NCBI RefSeq assembly: GCF_044704955.1
Contig: NC_091996.1
Span: forward strand, 72,974,001-73,038,000
Reading direction: 5' to 3'
DNA: 64,000 nucleotides
Origin: Pristiophorus japonicus
Taxonomy: Eukaryota
The notes beneath the pieces are model-generated. The model did no database searches and was not told the DNA's origin. It saw nothing but the letters and a program-made list of their open reading frames with translations. This document shows, piece by piece, positions 38,608 through 52,100 of the stretch. Position 1 is the stretch's first letter; each line of letters opens with the position of its first letter. Both the position numbers and the translations under genes were made by a program.

Positions 38608-41600
38608 AAACATAAGAATTTGGAGCAGGACTAGGCCATTAGGCCCCATCGTGCCTGCTCCACCATTTAATAACATCATGGCTGATCTGATCTTGGACTC
38701 AGCTCCACTTCCCTGCCCGCTCCCCATAACCCTTTACCCCCTTATTGATCAGAAATCTGTCTATCTCCGCCTTAAATATGTTCAATGACCGCACCTCCGC
38801 AGCTGTATGGGGCAGAGAATTCCACAGATTTACGACTCTTTGAAAGAAGAAATTCCCCCTCATCTTAGTTCGAAATGGGTGACTCCTTATTCTTAAACTA
38901 CGCCTCCCAGTTCTGGATTCCCCACGAGTGGCAACATCCTCTCTGCATCTACCTTGTCGAACCCCCTCAGTATCTTACATGTTTCAATAAGATCACCTCT
39001 CATTCTTCTAAACTTCAATGAGTGTAGGCCCAACCTACTCATCTGTTCTTCATAAGTCAATGCCCTCATCTCTGCAATCAACCTAGTGAACCTTCACTGA
39101 ACTGCCTCCAATGCAAGTATATCCTTCCTTCAATAAGGAGACCAAAACTTTATGCAGTACTCTAGGTGTGGCCTCAACAATACCCTGTACAGTTGTAGCA
39201 GGAGTGTTCTGTTTTTATACTCCATCCCCCTTTCAATAAAGGCCAACATTCCATTTGTCTTCTTGATCACTTGCTGTACCTGATACTAGCTTTTTGTGTC
39301 TCATGCACAAGGACCCGCAGGTCCCTCTGAACTGCATTTTGTAGTTTCTTTCCATTTAAATAATAATTTGCTTTTTTTATTTTTCCTGTCAAAGTGGATA
39401 ACCTCATACTTTTCCACATGATACTCATTCTGACAAATTTTTGCACACTCACCGGTCTATATCCCTTTGCAAATTTTGTGTGTCCTCCTCCTCAACTTGC
39501 TTTCCCACCCATCTTTGTACCATCAGCAAACTCAATCCCTTCATCCAAGTCATTAATATCGATTGTAAATAGTTGAGGCCCCAGCACCAATCCCTGTGGC
39601 ACCCCACTAGTTACCATTTGCCAACCGGAAAATGATCCATTTATCCCGACTCTCTGTTTTCTGTTAGTTAGCCAATCCTCTATCCATGCTAAACTATTAC
39701 CCCTGACCTCTTGAGCTCTTATCTTGTGCAGTGACCTTTTATTTGGCACCTAATTGAATCCCTTTTGGAAGTCCAAATACACCACACCCACTGATTCCCC
39801 CTTATCCACCCTGCTCGTTACATCCTCAAAGAATTCCAGCAAATTTGTCAAACATGATTTCCCCTTCATAAATCCATGTTGACTCTGCTTGACTGTATTA
39901 TGCTTTTCCAAATGTCCTGCTGCTGCTTCCTTAATTATGGATTCCAGCATTTTACCAACAACAGATGTTAGTCCTGCTTTCTGTCTGCCTCCTTTTTTAA
40001 ATAGGGGCATTACATTTGCGGTTTTCCAATCTGCTGGGACCTTTCCAGAATCCAGGGAATGTTGGTAAATTACAACCAATGCATCCACTATCTCTGTAGC
40101 CACAGCTTTTAAGACCCTGGGATGCAGGCCATCAGGTCCAGGGTCTTGTCTACCTTTAGGCCCAATATTTTACCGAGTGCTTTTTCTTTAGTGATAGTGA
40201 TTGTTTTAAATTCCTACCTCCCTATAACCCTTTGATTATCTATTATTGGGATGTCTTTAGTGTCTTCTACCATGAAGACCGATACTAAATGTCTGTTCAA
40301 AGTCTCCGGCATTTCCCTGTTCTCCGTTATTAATTCCCCAGTCTCATCCTCTAAAGGACCAACGTTTACTTTAGCTACTCAATTCCTTTTTAGATTACTG
40401 TGGAAACTTTCACTGTCTGTTTTTATTTTCTTGCTAGATTACTCTCATACTCTATCTTTCCTCTCTATCATTTTTTTAGTCATTCTTTCCGATTTTAAAA
40501 ATCTTGGCCATTTTGTATACCATTTTTTAAAATTTGATATCATCGTTTACTTCCTTAGCTAGCCACGAAGGGTTCTCCCTTCTCTTAAAGTCTTTCCTTC
40601 TCACTGGAATATATTTTTGTTGAGAGTTATGAAATATCTCCTTAAATATCTGCCACTGATTATCAACTGTCTTACACTTTAATCTATTTTCCCAGTCCAC
40701 TTCAGCCAACTCTGCATTCATGCCTTTGTAATCGCCTTTATTTAAGATCAGGAACATAAGAACATAAGAAATAGGAGCAGGAATAGGCCATTTGGCCCCT
40801 TGAGCCTATCCCGCCATTCAATAAGATCAAGGCTGATCTGATCATGGTCGCAGCTCCACTTCCCTGCCCGCTTCTCATAACCCTTTACTCCCTTATCGTT
40901 CAAAGATCTGTCTATCTTCACCTTAAATATATTCAGTGACCCAGCCTCCACAGCTCTCTGGGACAGAGAATTCCATCAATTTACAACCCTGAGAGAGAAG
41001 AAATTCCTCCTCAACCAACAATCCATTTGCCTTCCTCATTACTTGCTGTACCTGCATACTAACATTTTGTGTTTCATGCACAAGGATCCCCAGGTCCCTC
41101 TGTACTACAGCACTTTGCAATTTTTTTCCACTTAAATTATAATTTGCTTTTCTATTATTTCTGCCAAAATGGATAACCTCACATTTTCCCACATTATACT
41201 CCATCTGCCAAATTTTTGTCCACTCGCTTAGGCTGTGTATATCACTTTGCAGATTTTTTGTGTCCTCCTCACAATTTGCTTTCCCACCCATCTTTGTATC
41301 ATCAGCAAAATTGGCTACATTACACTCAGTCCCTTCGTCCAAGTCGTTAATATAGATTGTAAATAGTTGAGGCCCCAGCACAGATCCCTGCAGCACCCCA
41401 CTAGTCACTGTTTGCCAACTGGAATGTGAGCCATTCATTCCAACTCTCTGTTTTCTGTTAGTAAGCCAATCCTCTATCCATGCTAATATATTAACTTTTA
41501 TCTTGTGTAGTAACCTTTTATGTGGCACCTTATCGAATGCCTTCTGGAAATCCAAATACACCACATCCACTGGCTCCCCCTTATCCACCCTGCCTGTTAC

Positions 41601-41960
41601 ATCCTCAAAGAACTACAGCAAATTTGTCAAACATGAGTTCAGAAGACACTAGCTTGAGATCCTACTTTTTCACCCTCCAACTGAATTTGAAATTCAACCA
41701 TGCTATGGTCACTCTTTCCTAGAGGATCCTTTACTATGAGATAATTTATTATTCCGGTCTCATTACACAGTACCAGATCTCAGATTGCCTGCTCCCTGGT
41801 TGGTTCCACAACGTACTGTTCAAGGAAACCATCTCGAATACACTGTTATGAACTCTTCCTCAATGCTACCTTGGCCAATTTGCTATGTCCAATCAATATG
41901 AAGATTAAAATTGCCCAAGATTATTGCCATACCTTTCTTACAAGCCTCCATTATTTCTTT
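38608..41960 (-). mobile_element. CR1 ORF2 remnant with a nested CR1 at about 40753-41635
   Basis: Two 3' tails (about 38610 and 40755) and two RT cores; outer endonuclease region resumes after 41640. Confidence 0.85.
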
Positions 41961-42140
41961 AGCCAAACACTGTGTTTAAAACAAAGTTGATATATTTGAC
42001 AAATATCCAGAATATTAAACTCCAGCCCAGTTATAAGGGTTAGTAACATTAGCAGAAACCAACACAACTCTCAGAATGAACATGGTTTGTTTTTGAATTT
42101 GATTAACAGCAGCCATAACAGCAGAATCCAACCCCTGCAG

Positions 42141-42899
42141 TCACTTGTGAACTCGTTGATGTCTCAGCAGGTGGGATGATTGAGTGAATCCCTTCCCACA
42201 CACAGAGCAAGTGAACGGCCTCTCCCCAGTGTGAACTCGCTGGTGTCTCAGCAGGGTGGATGACTGAGTGAAGCCTTTTCCACACAAGAAGCAGTTGAAC
42301 GCCTTCTCCCCAGTGTGAACGCATTGGTGTGTCAGCAGGTGGGATGATTGAATGAATCCTTTCCCACACACGGAGCAGGTGAACGGTCGCTCCCCAGTGT
42401 GAACTCGCTGGTGTGTCAGCAGGTGGGATGAGTTAGCGAATCCCTTCCCACAGACAGAGCAAGTGAACGGCCTCTCCCCCGTGTGACTGTGTTGGTGTGT
42501 CAGCAGATCTCTTGTGCTTTTAAAGTACTTTCCACACTCAGAGCATCTGAAAGGTCTCTTTTCTGTGTGAACAAGTTGGTGTTTCGCGAGGTTTCCTAAT
42601 TGAGTGAATCCCTTTCCACACACAGTGCAGGTGAACGGTCTCTCTCCAGTGTGAACTCGCTGATGTTCAGTGAGGCTAGATGACTGCCCGAACCTCTTAC
42701 CACAGTGAGAGCAACAGTATGGCCTCTCCCCAGTGTGAACTCGCTGGTGTGTCAGAAGGTGGGATGACTGACTGAATCCCTTCCCACACACAGAGCAGGT
42801 GAATGGCCTCTCCCCGGTGTGACTGCGTCGATGAGTTTCCAGCCGGGAGGGGGAGCTGAATCCCTTCCCACAGTCTCCACATATCCACGGTTTCTCCAT
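42141..42899 (-). CDS. C2H2 zinc-finger protein, 252 aa, 9 fingers (MEKPW class)
   Basis: Intact ORF; Kozak context CCACCATGG; nine canonical fingers. Confidence 0.88.
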   Translation of the reverse strand: MEKPWICGDCGKGFSSPSRLETHRRSHTGERPFTCSVCGKGFSQSSHLLTHQRVHTGERPYCCSHCGKRFGQSSSLTEHQRVHTGERPFTCTVCGKGFTQLGNLAKHQLVHTEKRPFRCSECGKYFKSTRDLLTHQHSHTGERPFTCSVCGKGFANSSHLLTHQRVHTGERPFTCSVCGKGFIQSSHLLTHQCVHTGEKAFNCFLCGKGFTQSSTLLRHQRVHTGERPFTCSVCGKGFTQSSHLLRHQRVHK

Positions 42900-43329
42900 G
42901 GTGGGGGTGTCCTTGTGTCTCTCCAGCTTGGACGATCAGTTAAAGCCTCATCCACACACACAAACACGTGTACGGTTTCTCCCCGCTGTGAATGGTGTGA
43001 TGTTTTTTCAGGCTCTGTAACTGGTGAAAGCTCTTTCCAGTCAGTGCACTGGAACACTCTCACTCAGGTGTGTGTGTCTCGGGGCTTTTCCAGTCACACT
43101 GATGTTTGAAATGTTTTCCCACAGACAGAAGAGACAGACATTTCTCCTTCCACATTGAAAGGCCGCTGATATTCAGGCCCTGATGAATGGAGTGACTGTG
43201 TGAGATGTGGATGTGATGTTGGGTTTGAGTTTGCGGCCTGTAAATGCTGCCCTTCTCACAGCCTGGAACAGCACTTTACAAAAGCCCTGACTGTGAGTCC
43301 AGGATAGAAATTCACAACATTCTCTCCTC

Positions 43330-44015
43330 CTGGTTCCTGGCCCAGGGAAAGGCCGCGCATGCGTCCTGCTGCCCCTGCCCCAACAAGATGCCGACCTGTC
43401 ACCGGGAGAAAGCCCCGCAGCTGCCCCTCCCCGGGGGCGCCGCTCGGGGCAAAGGCCGGAGCTGGAGGTTGTTGTTCGGGGCCTGAGCCCCACAACGAAT
43501 GTGTGTGAAGCAGATAATGCGGAGTTTGTTGTGGGGCCGGGGCCTGCGCCCTCCGCCCATCTCTCGCCCACGGACCGCGCATGCTCAGCTCAAAGTTATC
43601 TGGGGGACTGACGGCAGCTCCGGACCAATAGGAAGAGCGGGAGCGGGCCTGGAGGACCAAGAGGGCGGTTGGACCTCCAACCAATCGGAGTGTGAGGATC
43701 AATGAGGTGAGCTGAGCATGCGCAGCCAGTGGGCGGGGCCAGGAAGCAGAGCGGCGACAGCGGGTGAGAGATGGTCGGAGGGAGTGGGGTCCAGGTCCCA
43801 CAGCAAACTCCACATTATCTGCCTCCCCATAACTGGCGCCAGGTTACGGCCCAAACTCCGGGACAGCCCGACAGTCAGGGAGCGTCTGTCAGTGGGGAGC
43901 GGTCTGGGAGCGTCTGTCAATGGAGACCGGTCAGGGTGCGCCTGTAAATGAAGGCGAAATGGGGACCAGTCAGGCAGCGTCTAAATGGTGACTGGTGAGG
44001 GAGCGTCTGTAAATG
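43330..44015. promoter_or_regulatory. CpG island between divergent ZNF genes, candidate bidirectional promoter
   Basis: NRF1-like GCGCATG motifs, two CCAAT boxes and a GC box; a few 28-bp units at 43870-44015. Confidence 0.65.
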
Positions 44016-45061
44016 AAGGCGAAATACGGTGAACATTATCCACTCCTGACGATCCACCGATTTCCAGTTTCAGTCTGGTCCGAATCTGAATGATTTTCGG
44101 TTAATCTTTGTAGGAGCAGCTCAAAGATCTGAATCTGGGGAAGTGAGGATGAGAGTCTGCGAACATGAATTGCAAAAGAAAATAGACCCAGGTCCATCTT
44201 CCACCATCCGCACTCTGTGACAATGAAGTTGTTGGCTAATTATGACAAACGATCTATCAATTAGTCCACAAGAGACCAATGAACCGTTGTACTGGCTCTG
44301 CTTTTCATTTTAGTGGCAATTACCAGATGTTTCTCCCAGTGTGAGCTTGGGTTGTGGACTGTAAAATCTCCTGGTCTATTGTGGCGAAGGGGGAGGTGTA
44401 GTTTGAGGTCACTGGTCTGCAAGGTACGGTCTATGTGACAGTGAGAACAGACATTTATTGTGTCATAGTTCAGTGAGACCCCATCACTTACTGAGTGAGT
44501 GAGTATGTATAACTGTAACTCAGAAAGCCGCAGCTTGTTGGAACAGACCTGGGGAGAAGAGAGCTCAGAACTAACCACTGGACTTTCTGTTCTCCACATC
44601 TGGGCAACGATGTCGCTGTCCGCTCAAAGCTGCTAATAAAGCCATTAAAGGTCATTTGTTGTTGTCAGCTGGATTATTTGGTATCAGAAACTGCTATATT
44701 TTGAGTCAATGAGTGGCACTGACCTACAGTCAGAGTCAGCACTTTAAGGAGAGGAAGAGAGAAAATCTGGAGAATAGAAAAGAAATAGTAGGCGACTCGG
44801 CGATGAATCTCTCACAATGAGCAGAGAGTGGGAGGAGCGTGTCAGATGGGAGATTTACAGCTTTGGGGAACAAAAGTGGAAAGAATGTTCCATAGAAGCT
44901 ACAATTGTCTGTTCTGAATATCTTGTATTTGCAGTAATAACCTGTGAAAGGAGTTTACAAAAGTTATTAGAAGGGGAGGATTTGCAAAAAGGAAGCTCAA
45001 ACCAAACATCTCATCAATATCTTACACAATCACTTAATTTGTATATGATCGGCCTCTGATT

Positions 45062-45898
45062 ATGGAAGCAGAAATGTTTGTCTGTGGCAAAAGATTTCAT
45101 TCATCATTGAGGCTGGAAATGCACCAAGAGACACACACACACACACGTGTGTTCCAGTGCACTGACTGTGGAAAGAGCTTTAACCAGTTGCACAGCCTGA
45201 AAAAACATCGCACCATTCACAGCAAGGAGAAACCGTACACGTGTTCTGTGTGTGGACGAGGCTTCAACCGATCATTCAACCTGTTGAGACACAAGGACAC
45301 CTACAGCAGGGAGAAACGGTATAAATGTGGGGACTGTGGGGAGGGAGTTGGTTCCCCATCAGAATTGGAATCTCATTGACGCAGTCACACTGGGGAGAGG
45401 CCATTTACCTGCTCCGTGTGTGGGAAGGGATTAATGACATCATCCAGCCTGTTGGGACACCAACGAGTTCATACTGGAGAGAGGCCATTCACCTGCTCCA
45501 TGTCTGGGAAGGGATTCAGTCGGTCAGCCAATCTTCTCATACACGAGCGATTTCACACCGGGGAGAGGCCATTCATTTGCTCAATGTGTGGGAAGGGATT
45601 CATTACCTCTTCCAACCTTCTGACACACCAACGTGTTCACAGTGATAACAGACCATTTAAATGTTCTGATTGTGAAAAGGGCTTTAAAAGCAAATAGGAA
45701 CTGGTGACACACCAACACATTCATACCGGGGAGGAGCCATTCACATGCTCAGAGTGTAGGAAGAGATTCACTACATTAACCCCACTTCTAATACACCAGC
45801 GAGTTCATACAGGAGAGAGGCTGTTCACCTGCTCCGTGTGTGGGAAGGGATTCACTCGTTCATCCAACCTGCGGAAACACCAGCGGCTTCACACATGA
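45062..45898 (+). pseudogene. C2H2 ZNF pseudogene (class A), paralog of 20152-20886
   Basis: Single frame with stops TGA at 45377 and TAG at 45695; upstream acceptor inverted. Confidence 0.85.
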
Positions 45899-45929
45899 TT
45901 TCAGGGGTTGGATTTCGCTGTTAATCACA

Positions 45930-46460
45930 TCCAATAACAACTTGCATTTATATAGTGCATTTAACAATGGATAATGGCCTAAAGCACTGCACAGGAGCGT
46001 TATATAACAGAATTTGACACCAAGTCATACAAGGAGTTAGGAAAGGTAGGTAGGTTTAAAAAAGTGTCTTAAAGGAGGAAAGAGAGAGAGGATTAGGGAA
46101 GGAATTCCAGAGCCAACGGTGGAGAGATTAAAATCAGGGATGCACAAGAGGCTGGAATTGGAGGAGCGTAGATATCTCAAGAGGGTTATGGGGCTGGAGG
46201 AGGTTACAGAGATAACGAGGGGCGAGGCCATGGAGGGACTAAAATGAGAATTTTAGAATTGAGGCGTTGCTGGACCAGGAGCCAATGTAGGTCAGCGAGC
46301 ACAGGGGTGATGGGTGAGCGGGACCTGGTACTAGTTAGGATACAAGCAGTAGAGTTTTGGATGAGCTCCAGGTTAGGGAGGGTGCAGTGTGGGAGGCGGG
46401 CCAGGAAAGCATTGGAATAGTTGCGTCTCGAGGTGACAAGGGCATGGATGGGGATTTCAA
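45930..46460 (-). mobile_element. L2-like 3' end, uninterrupted copy
   Basis: Reverse complement matches the joined pieces of 15745-20118. Confidence 0.8.
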
Positions 46461-46631
46461 CAACACATGTTCTTTCTGGCAGTTTGGGGTTTGTTTCTGT
46501 TGATGTTAATAATGTCTATAATTGGGCTGGAGTTTAATATTCCAGATATATGTTAAATAAATAAGCTTTGTTTCACACACATTGTGTCAATTACTTGAAG
46601 TCTTCATTGTAAGAGACTTATTGATGTCCCA

Positions 46632-47540
46632 GCAAAGAGATTTAGATAGGTTAAGCGAATGGGCTAAGGTTTGGCAGATGGAATACAATGTCGGAAAACG
46701 TGAGGTCATCCACCTTGAGAAAAAAAACAGTAAAAGGGAATATTATTTGAATGGGGAGAAATTACAACATGCTGCAGTGCAGAGGGACCTGGGGGTCCTT
46801 GTGCATGAAACTCTTTTGGAAAATACCTCCTTGTGCATGAATCCCAAAAAAAGTTAGTTTGCAGGTGCAGCAGGTAATCAGGAAGGCAAATGGAATGTTG
46901 GCCTTCATTGCGAGAGGGATGGAGTACAAAAGCAGGGAGGTCCTGCTGCAACTATATAGGGTATTGGTGAGGCCGCACCTGGAATACTGCGTGCAGTTTT
47001 GGTCACCATACTTAAGGAAGGATATACTAGCTTTGGAGGGGGTACAGAGACGATTCACTAGGCTGATTCCGGAGATGAGGGGGTTACCTTCTGATGATAG
47101 ATTGAGTAGACTGGGTCTTTACTCGTTGGAGTTCAGAAGGATGAGGTGTGATCTTATAGAAACATTTAAAATAATGAAAGGGATAGACAAGATAGAGGCA
47201 GAGAGATTGTTTCCACTGGTCGGGGAGACTAGAACTAGGGGGCACAGCCTCAAAATACGGGGGAGCCAATTTAAAACCGAGTTGAGAAGGAATTTCTTCT
47301 CCCAGAGGGTTGTGAATCTGTGGAATTCTCTGCCCAAGGAAGCAGTTGAGGCTAGCTCATTGAATATATTCAAATCACAGATAGATAGATTTTTAACCAA
47401 TAAGGGCATTAAGGGTTATGGGGAGCGGGCGGGTAAGTGGAGCTGAGTCCACGGCCAGATCAGCCGTGATCTTGTTGAATGGCGGAGCAGGCTGGAGGGG
47501 CTAGATGGCTTACTCCTGTTCCTAATTCTTATGTTCTTAT
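46632..47540 (+). mobile_element. 5'-truncated CR1 carrying an 18-bp insert at 46810-46827
   Basis: RT C-terminus ORF 46859-47446; TTCTTATG tail. Confidence 0.92.
46810..46827 (-). mobile_element. Ultra-short Tx1-like 3' end (GGTATTTTCCAAAAGAGT) with 14-bp TSD
   Basis: TCCTTGTGCATGAA at 46796-46809 and 46828-46841, the same site as at 21.85-22.6 kb. Confidence 0.75.
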
Positions 47541-48115
47541 TAATGTTGGGGTAGTCCAGAACCAGGGGTCACAGTCTAAGGATAAGGGGTAAGCCATTTA
47601 GGATCGAGATGAGGAGAAACTTCTTCACCCAGAGAGTGGTGAACCTGTGGAATTCTCTACCACAGAAGTTTGTTGAGGCCAATTCACTAAATATATTCAA
47701 AAAGGAGTTAGATGTAGTCCTTACTATTAGGGGGATCAAGGGGTATGGCGAGAAAGCAGGAATGGGGTACTGAAGTTACATGTTCAGCCATGAACTCATT
47801 GAATGGCGGTGCAGGCTCAAAGGGCCGAATGGCCTACTCCTACACCTATTTTCTATGTTTCTATGTTACGAATAAATCCAATGGGGGAAATATGGAGAAA
47901 TTTGGATGTGGAACGCTCTCCCACAGGAAGTGGTTGAGGCAAATAGCTTTGATGCCTTCAAAAAGAAATGAGGTGAGTACTTGGGAATAGAAACAAAGGC
48001 TGAAAGGCTGAGGTGAGGCAGAGGGAATGGGAGGACACGTGTGTGAAGTACAAACTCCAGCATAGACTAATTGGGCTGAATGGCCTGTTTAGGTGCAGTA
48101 AATTCTATATAATTC
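47541..48115 (+). mobile_element. Two further CR1 3' fragments in tandem
   Basis: 47541-47866 matches 30925-31246; an older 3' fragment follows. Confidence 0.8.
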
Positions 48116-48144
48116 TGTGTAAACTCTCCTTATAGGGTATTAGA

Positions 48145-48819
48145 ATGTGGAAGGAGAAATGTTTGTCTCGTCTGTCTGTGGGAAAAGATTTCAAGCATCA
48201 GTGTGACTGGAAAAGCACCGAGACACACACACCTGAGTGAGAGAGCTTCAGTGCACTGACTGTGGAAAGAGCTTTAACCAGTTACACAGCCTGAAAAAAC
48301 ATCGCACCATTCACAACGGGGAGAAACCGTACACGTGTTGTGTGTGTGGACGAGGCTTCAACTGATCATCCAACCTGGAGTGACACAAGGACACCCACAC
48401 CATGGAGAAACCGTGAAAATGTGGGGACTGCGGGAAGGGATTCAATTACCCATCCAAGCTGGAAACTCATCGACGCAGTCACACCGGGGAGAGACCGTTC
48501 ACCTACTCAGTGTGTGGGAAGGGATTCACTCTGTCATCCAATCTCCAGATACCCCAGCAAGTTCACACCGCGGAGAGGCCATTCACCTGCATTGAATGTG
48601 GGAAGGGATTCACTACTTTATCCAAGCTGCTGAAACATTAGTGTATTCACACCGATAAGAGACCTTTTAACTGTTCTGATGGTGAGCTTTAAAAGCAGAA
48701 ACGAACTACTGACACACCAACATATTCACACTGGGGAGAGGCCATTCAACTGCTCAATGTGTGGGAAGGGATTCACTCAATCATTCACCCTGCTGAAAGA
48801 CCAGCGCGTTCACAAGTGA
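48145..48819 (+). pseudogene. MEKPW-class C2H2 ZNF pseudogene
   Basis: ATG GAG AAA CCG TGA (W to stop), additional stops, mutated Cys/His residues and a frameshift near 48685. Confidence 0.85.
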
Positions 48820-49148
48820 CTGCAGGGGTTGGATTCTGCTGTTAATCAGATCCAGGATTGAACCATGTTCATTCCGTCAGTTATAGGAACAGGAGGAGGC
48901 CATTTAGCCCCAAGAGTCTGTTCCACCATTTATGAGGTCATGGCTGATCTGTGAGCTAACTCCATATAACCGCCTTTGCCCCATATCCATTATTATCTTT
49001 CTCCTGGCCCTGGGATCCAGGGAAGACACGGTCTTTACCAACACCGAGTACTGCCCCAGGCCCAAATCCTAAACAATGAATATTCAGGAGTGAGAGAGGA
49101 ACCAGTGAGTGTAGAACTGAACCCAGCCAGAGTCAGCACCTTCAGGGC

Positions 49149-52100
49149 AGAAACATAGAAATAGGTGCAGGAGTAGGCCATTCAGCCTTTCAAGCCTGCA
49201 CCGCCATTCAATAAGATCATGGCTGATCATTCCTTCAGTACCTCTTTCCTGCTTCCTCTCTATACCCCTTGATCCCCTTAACCGTAAGGGCCATATCTAA
49301 CTCCCTCTTGAATATATCCAATGAACTGGCATCAACAACTCTCTGCGGCAGGGAATTCCACAGGTCAACAACTCTCTGAGTGAAGAAGTTTCTCCTCATC
49401 TCAGTCCGAAATGGCCTACCCCTTATCCTAAGACTATGTCCCCTGGTTCTGGACTTCCCCAACATCAAGAACATTCTTCCCGCATCTAACCTGTCCAGTC
49501 CCATCAGAATCTTATGTGTTTCTATGAGATCCCCTCTCATCCTTCTAAACTCCAGTGAATAAAGGCCCAGTTGATCCAGTCTCTCCTCATATGACAGCCC
49601 AGCCATCCCTGGAATCAGTCTGGTGAACCTTCGCTGCACTCCATCAATATCAAGAACGTTCTTCCTCAGACTAGGAGACCAAAACTTAACAATATTCCAG
49701 ATGAGGCCTCACTAAGGCCCTTTCCAACTGCAGTAAGACCTCCCTCTCCTATATTCAATTCCCCTAGCTATGAAGGCCAACATACCATTTGCTTTCTTTA
49801 CCGCTGTACCTGCATGCCCACTTTCAGTGACTGATGAACCATGACACCCAGGTCTCGTTGCACCTCCCCTTTTTCTAGTCTGCCGCCATTCAGATAATAT
49901 TCTGCCTTCGTGTTTTTGCCCCCAAAATGGATAACCTCACATTTATTCACATTATACTGCATCTGCCATGTACTTCCCCACTCACCTAATCTGTCCAAGT
50001 CACCCTGCAGCCTCTTAGCGTCCTCCTCACAGCTCACACCGCCCCCAGCTTCGTGTCATCCGCAAACTTGGAGATATTGCACTCGATTCCTTCATCCAAA
50101 TCTTTTCTGTATATTGTAAAGAGCTGCGGTCCCAGCACTGAGCCCTGCGGCACCCCACTAGTAACTGCCTGCCATTCTGAAAAGGACCCGTTTATCCTGA
50201 CTCTCTGCTTCCTGTCTGCCAACCAGTTCCCTATCCACGTCAGTATATTACCCCCAATACCATGCGTTTTGATTTTGCACACCAATCTCTTGTGCGGGAC
50301 CTTGTCAAAAGCCTTTTAAAAGTCCAAATACACCACATCCATTGGTTCTCCCTTGTCCACTCTACTAGTTACATCCTCAAAAAATTCCAGAAGATTCGTC
50401 AAGCATGATTTCCCTTTCATAAATTCATGCTGACTCAGTCCGATCCTATCACTGCTTTCCAAATGGGCTGCTATTTCATCCTTAATGATTGATTCCAACA
50501 TTTTCCCCACTACTGATGTCAGGCTAACCGGTCTATAATTACCCGCTTTCTCTCTCCTTTTTAAAAAAGTGGTGTTACATTAGCTACCCTTCAGTCCATA
50601 GGAACTGATCCAGAGTCGATAGATTGTTGGAAAATGATCACCAATGCATCCACTATTTCTAGGGCCACTTCCTTAAGTACTCTGGGATGCAGACTATCAG
50701 GAACCGGGGATTTATCGGCCTTTAATCCCATCAATTTCGATAATGCAATTTCCCGCCTAATAACGATATCTTTCAGTTCCTCATTCTCACTAGATCCACT
50801 ATCCCCTAGTACATTCGGAAGGTTATTTGTATGTTCCTTTGTGAAGACAGAACCGAAGTATTGGTTCAATTGGTCTGCCATTTCTTTGTTCCCCATTACA
50901 AATTCACCTGAATCCAACTGCAAGGGACCTACTTTTGTCTTTACTAATCTTTTTCTCTTCACGTATTTATAGAAGCTTTTGCAGTCAGTTTTTATGTTTC
51001 CTGCAAGCTTCCTCTCGTACTCTATTTTCCCCTTCTTAATTAAATCCTTGGTCCTCCTCTGTTGAATTCTAAATTTCTCCCAGTCCTTTTTGTATTTTTT
51101 AGCCAATTTATATGCTTCTTCCTTGGTTTTAATACTATCCTTAATTTCCCTTGTTAGCCATGGTTGAGCCACCTTCCCGGTTTTATTTTTACTCCAGACA
51201 GGGATATACAATTGCTGAAGTTCATCCATGTGATCTTTAAATGTTTGCCATTGCTTATCCACCGTCAACCCTTTAAGTATCCTCTGCTAGTCTATTCTAG
51301 CCAATTCACACCTCATATCGTCGAAGTTACTTTTCCTTACGTTCAGGACCCTAGTTTCCGAATTAACTTTGTCACTCTCCATCTTAATAAGGAATTCTAC
51401 TATATTATGGTCACTTTTCCCCAAAGGGCCTCGCACAACAAGATTGATAATTAGTCCCTTCTCATTACACATCACCCAGGCTAGGATGGCCAGCTCCCTG
51501 GTTGGTTCCTCGACATATTGGTCTAGAAAACCATCCCTACTACACTAGAGGAAATCCTCCTCCACTGTATTGCTACCAGTTAGTTTGGCCCAATCTACAT
51601 GTAGATTAAAGTCGCCCATGATTACTGCTGTACCCCTATTGCACACATCCCTTATTTCTTGTTTGATGCTGTCCCCAACCTCACTACTACTATTTGGTGG
51701 TCTATACACAACTCCCACTAGCGTTTTCTGCCCTTTGAAATTCCGCAGCTCCATCCAAACCGATTCCACATCATCCAGGCTAAAGTCCCTCCTTACAATT
51801 GCATTGATTTCCTCTTTAACCAGCAATGCCACGCCGCCTCCTTTTCCTTTCTGCCTATCCTTCCTAAATGCTGAATACCCCTGGATGTTGAGTTTCCAGC
51901 CTTGGTCACCCTGGAGCCATGCCTCCGTGATGCCAATTACATCATACTCGTTAACTGCCATCTGCGCAGTTAATTCGTCCATCTTATTCCGAATATTCCT
52001 CGCATTGAGGCACAGAGCCTTCAGGCTTGTCTTTTTCACACACTTTTCCCCTTTTGAATCTTGCTGTAATGTGGCCCTTTTTGCTTTTTGCCTTGGGTTT

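Noticed and set aside
43173-43951. GC-rich ORFs over CpG islands (also at 11.3, 24.2 and 62.0 kb)
   Set aside because: Stop-poor GC-rich sequence; reading frames are not maintained between paralogs.
44817-45059. 80-aa ORF shared with 20889-21131
   Set aside because: It spans the probable intron/exon boundary and the micro-inversion; recent duplication explains its persistence.
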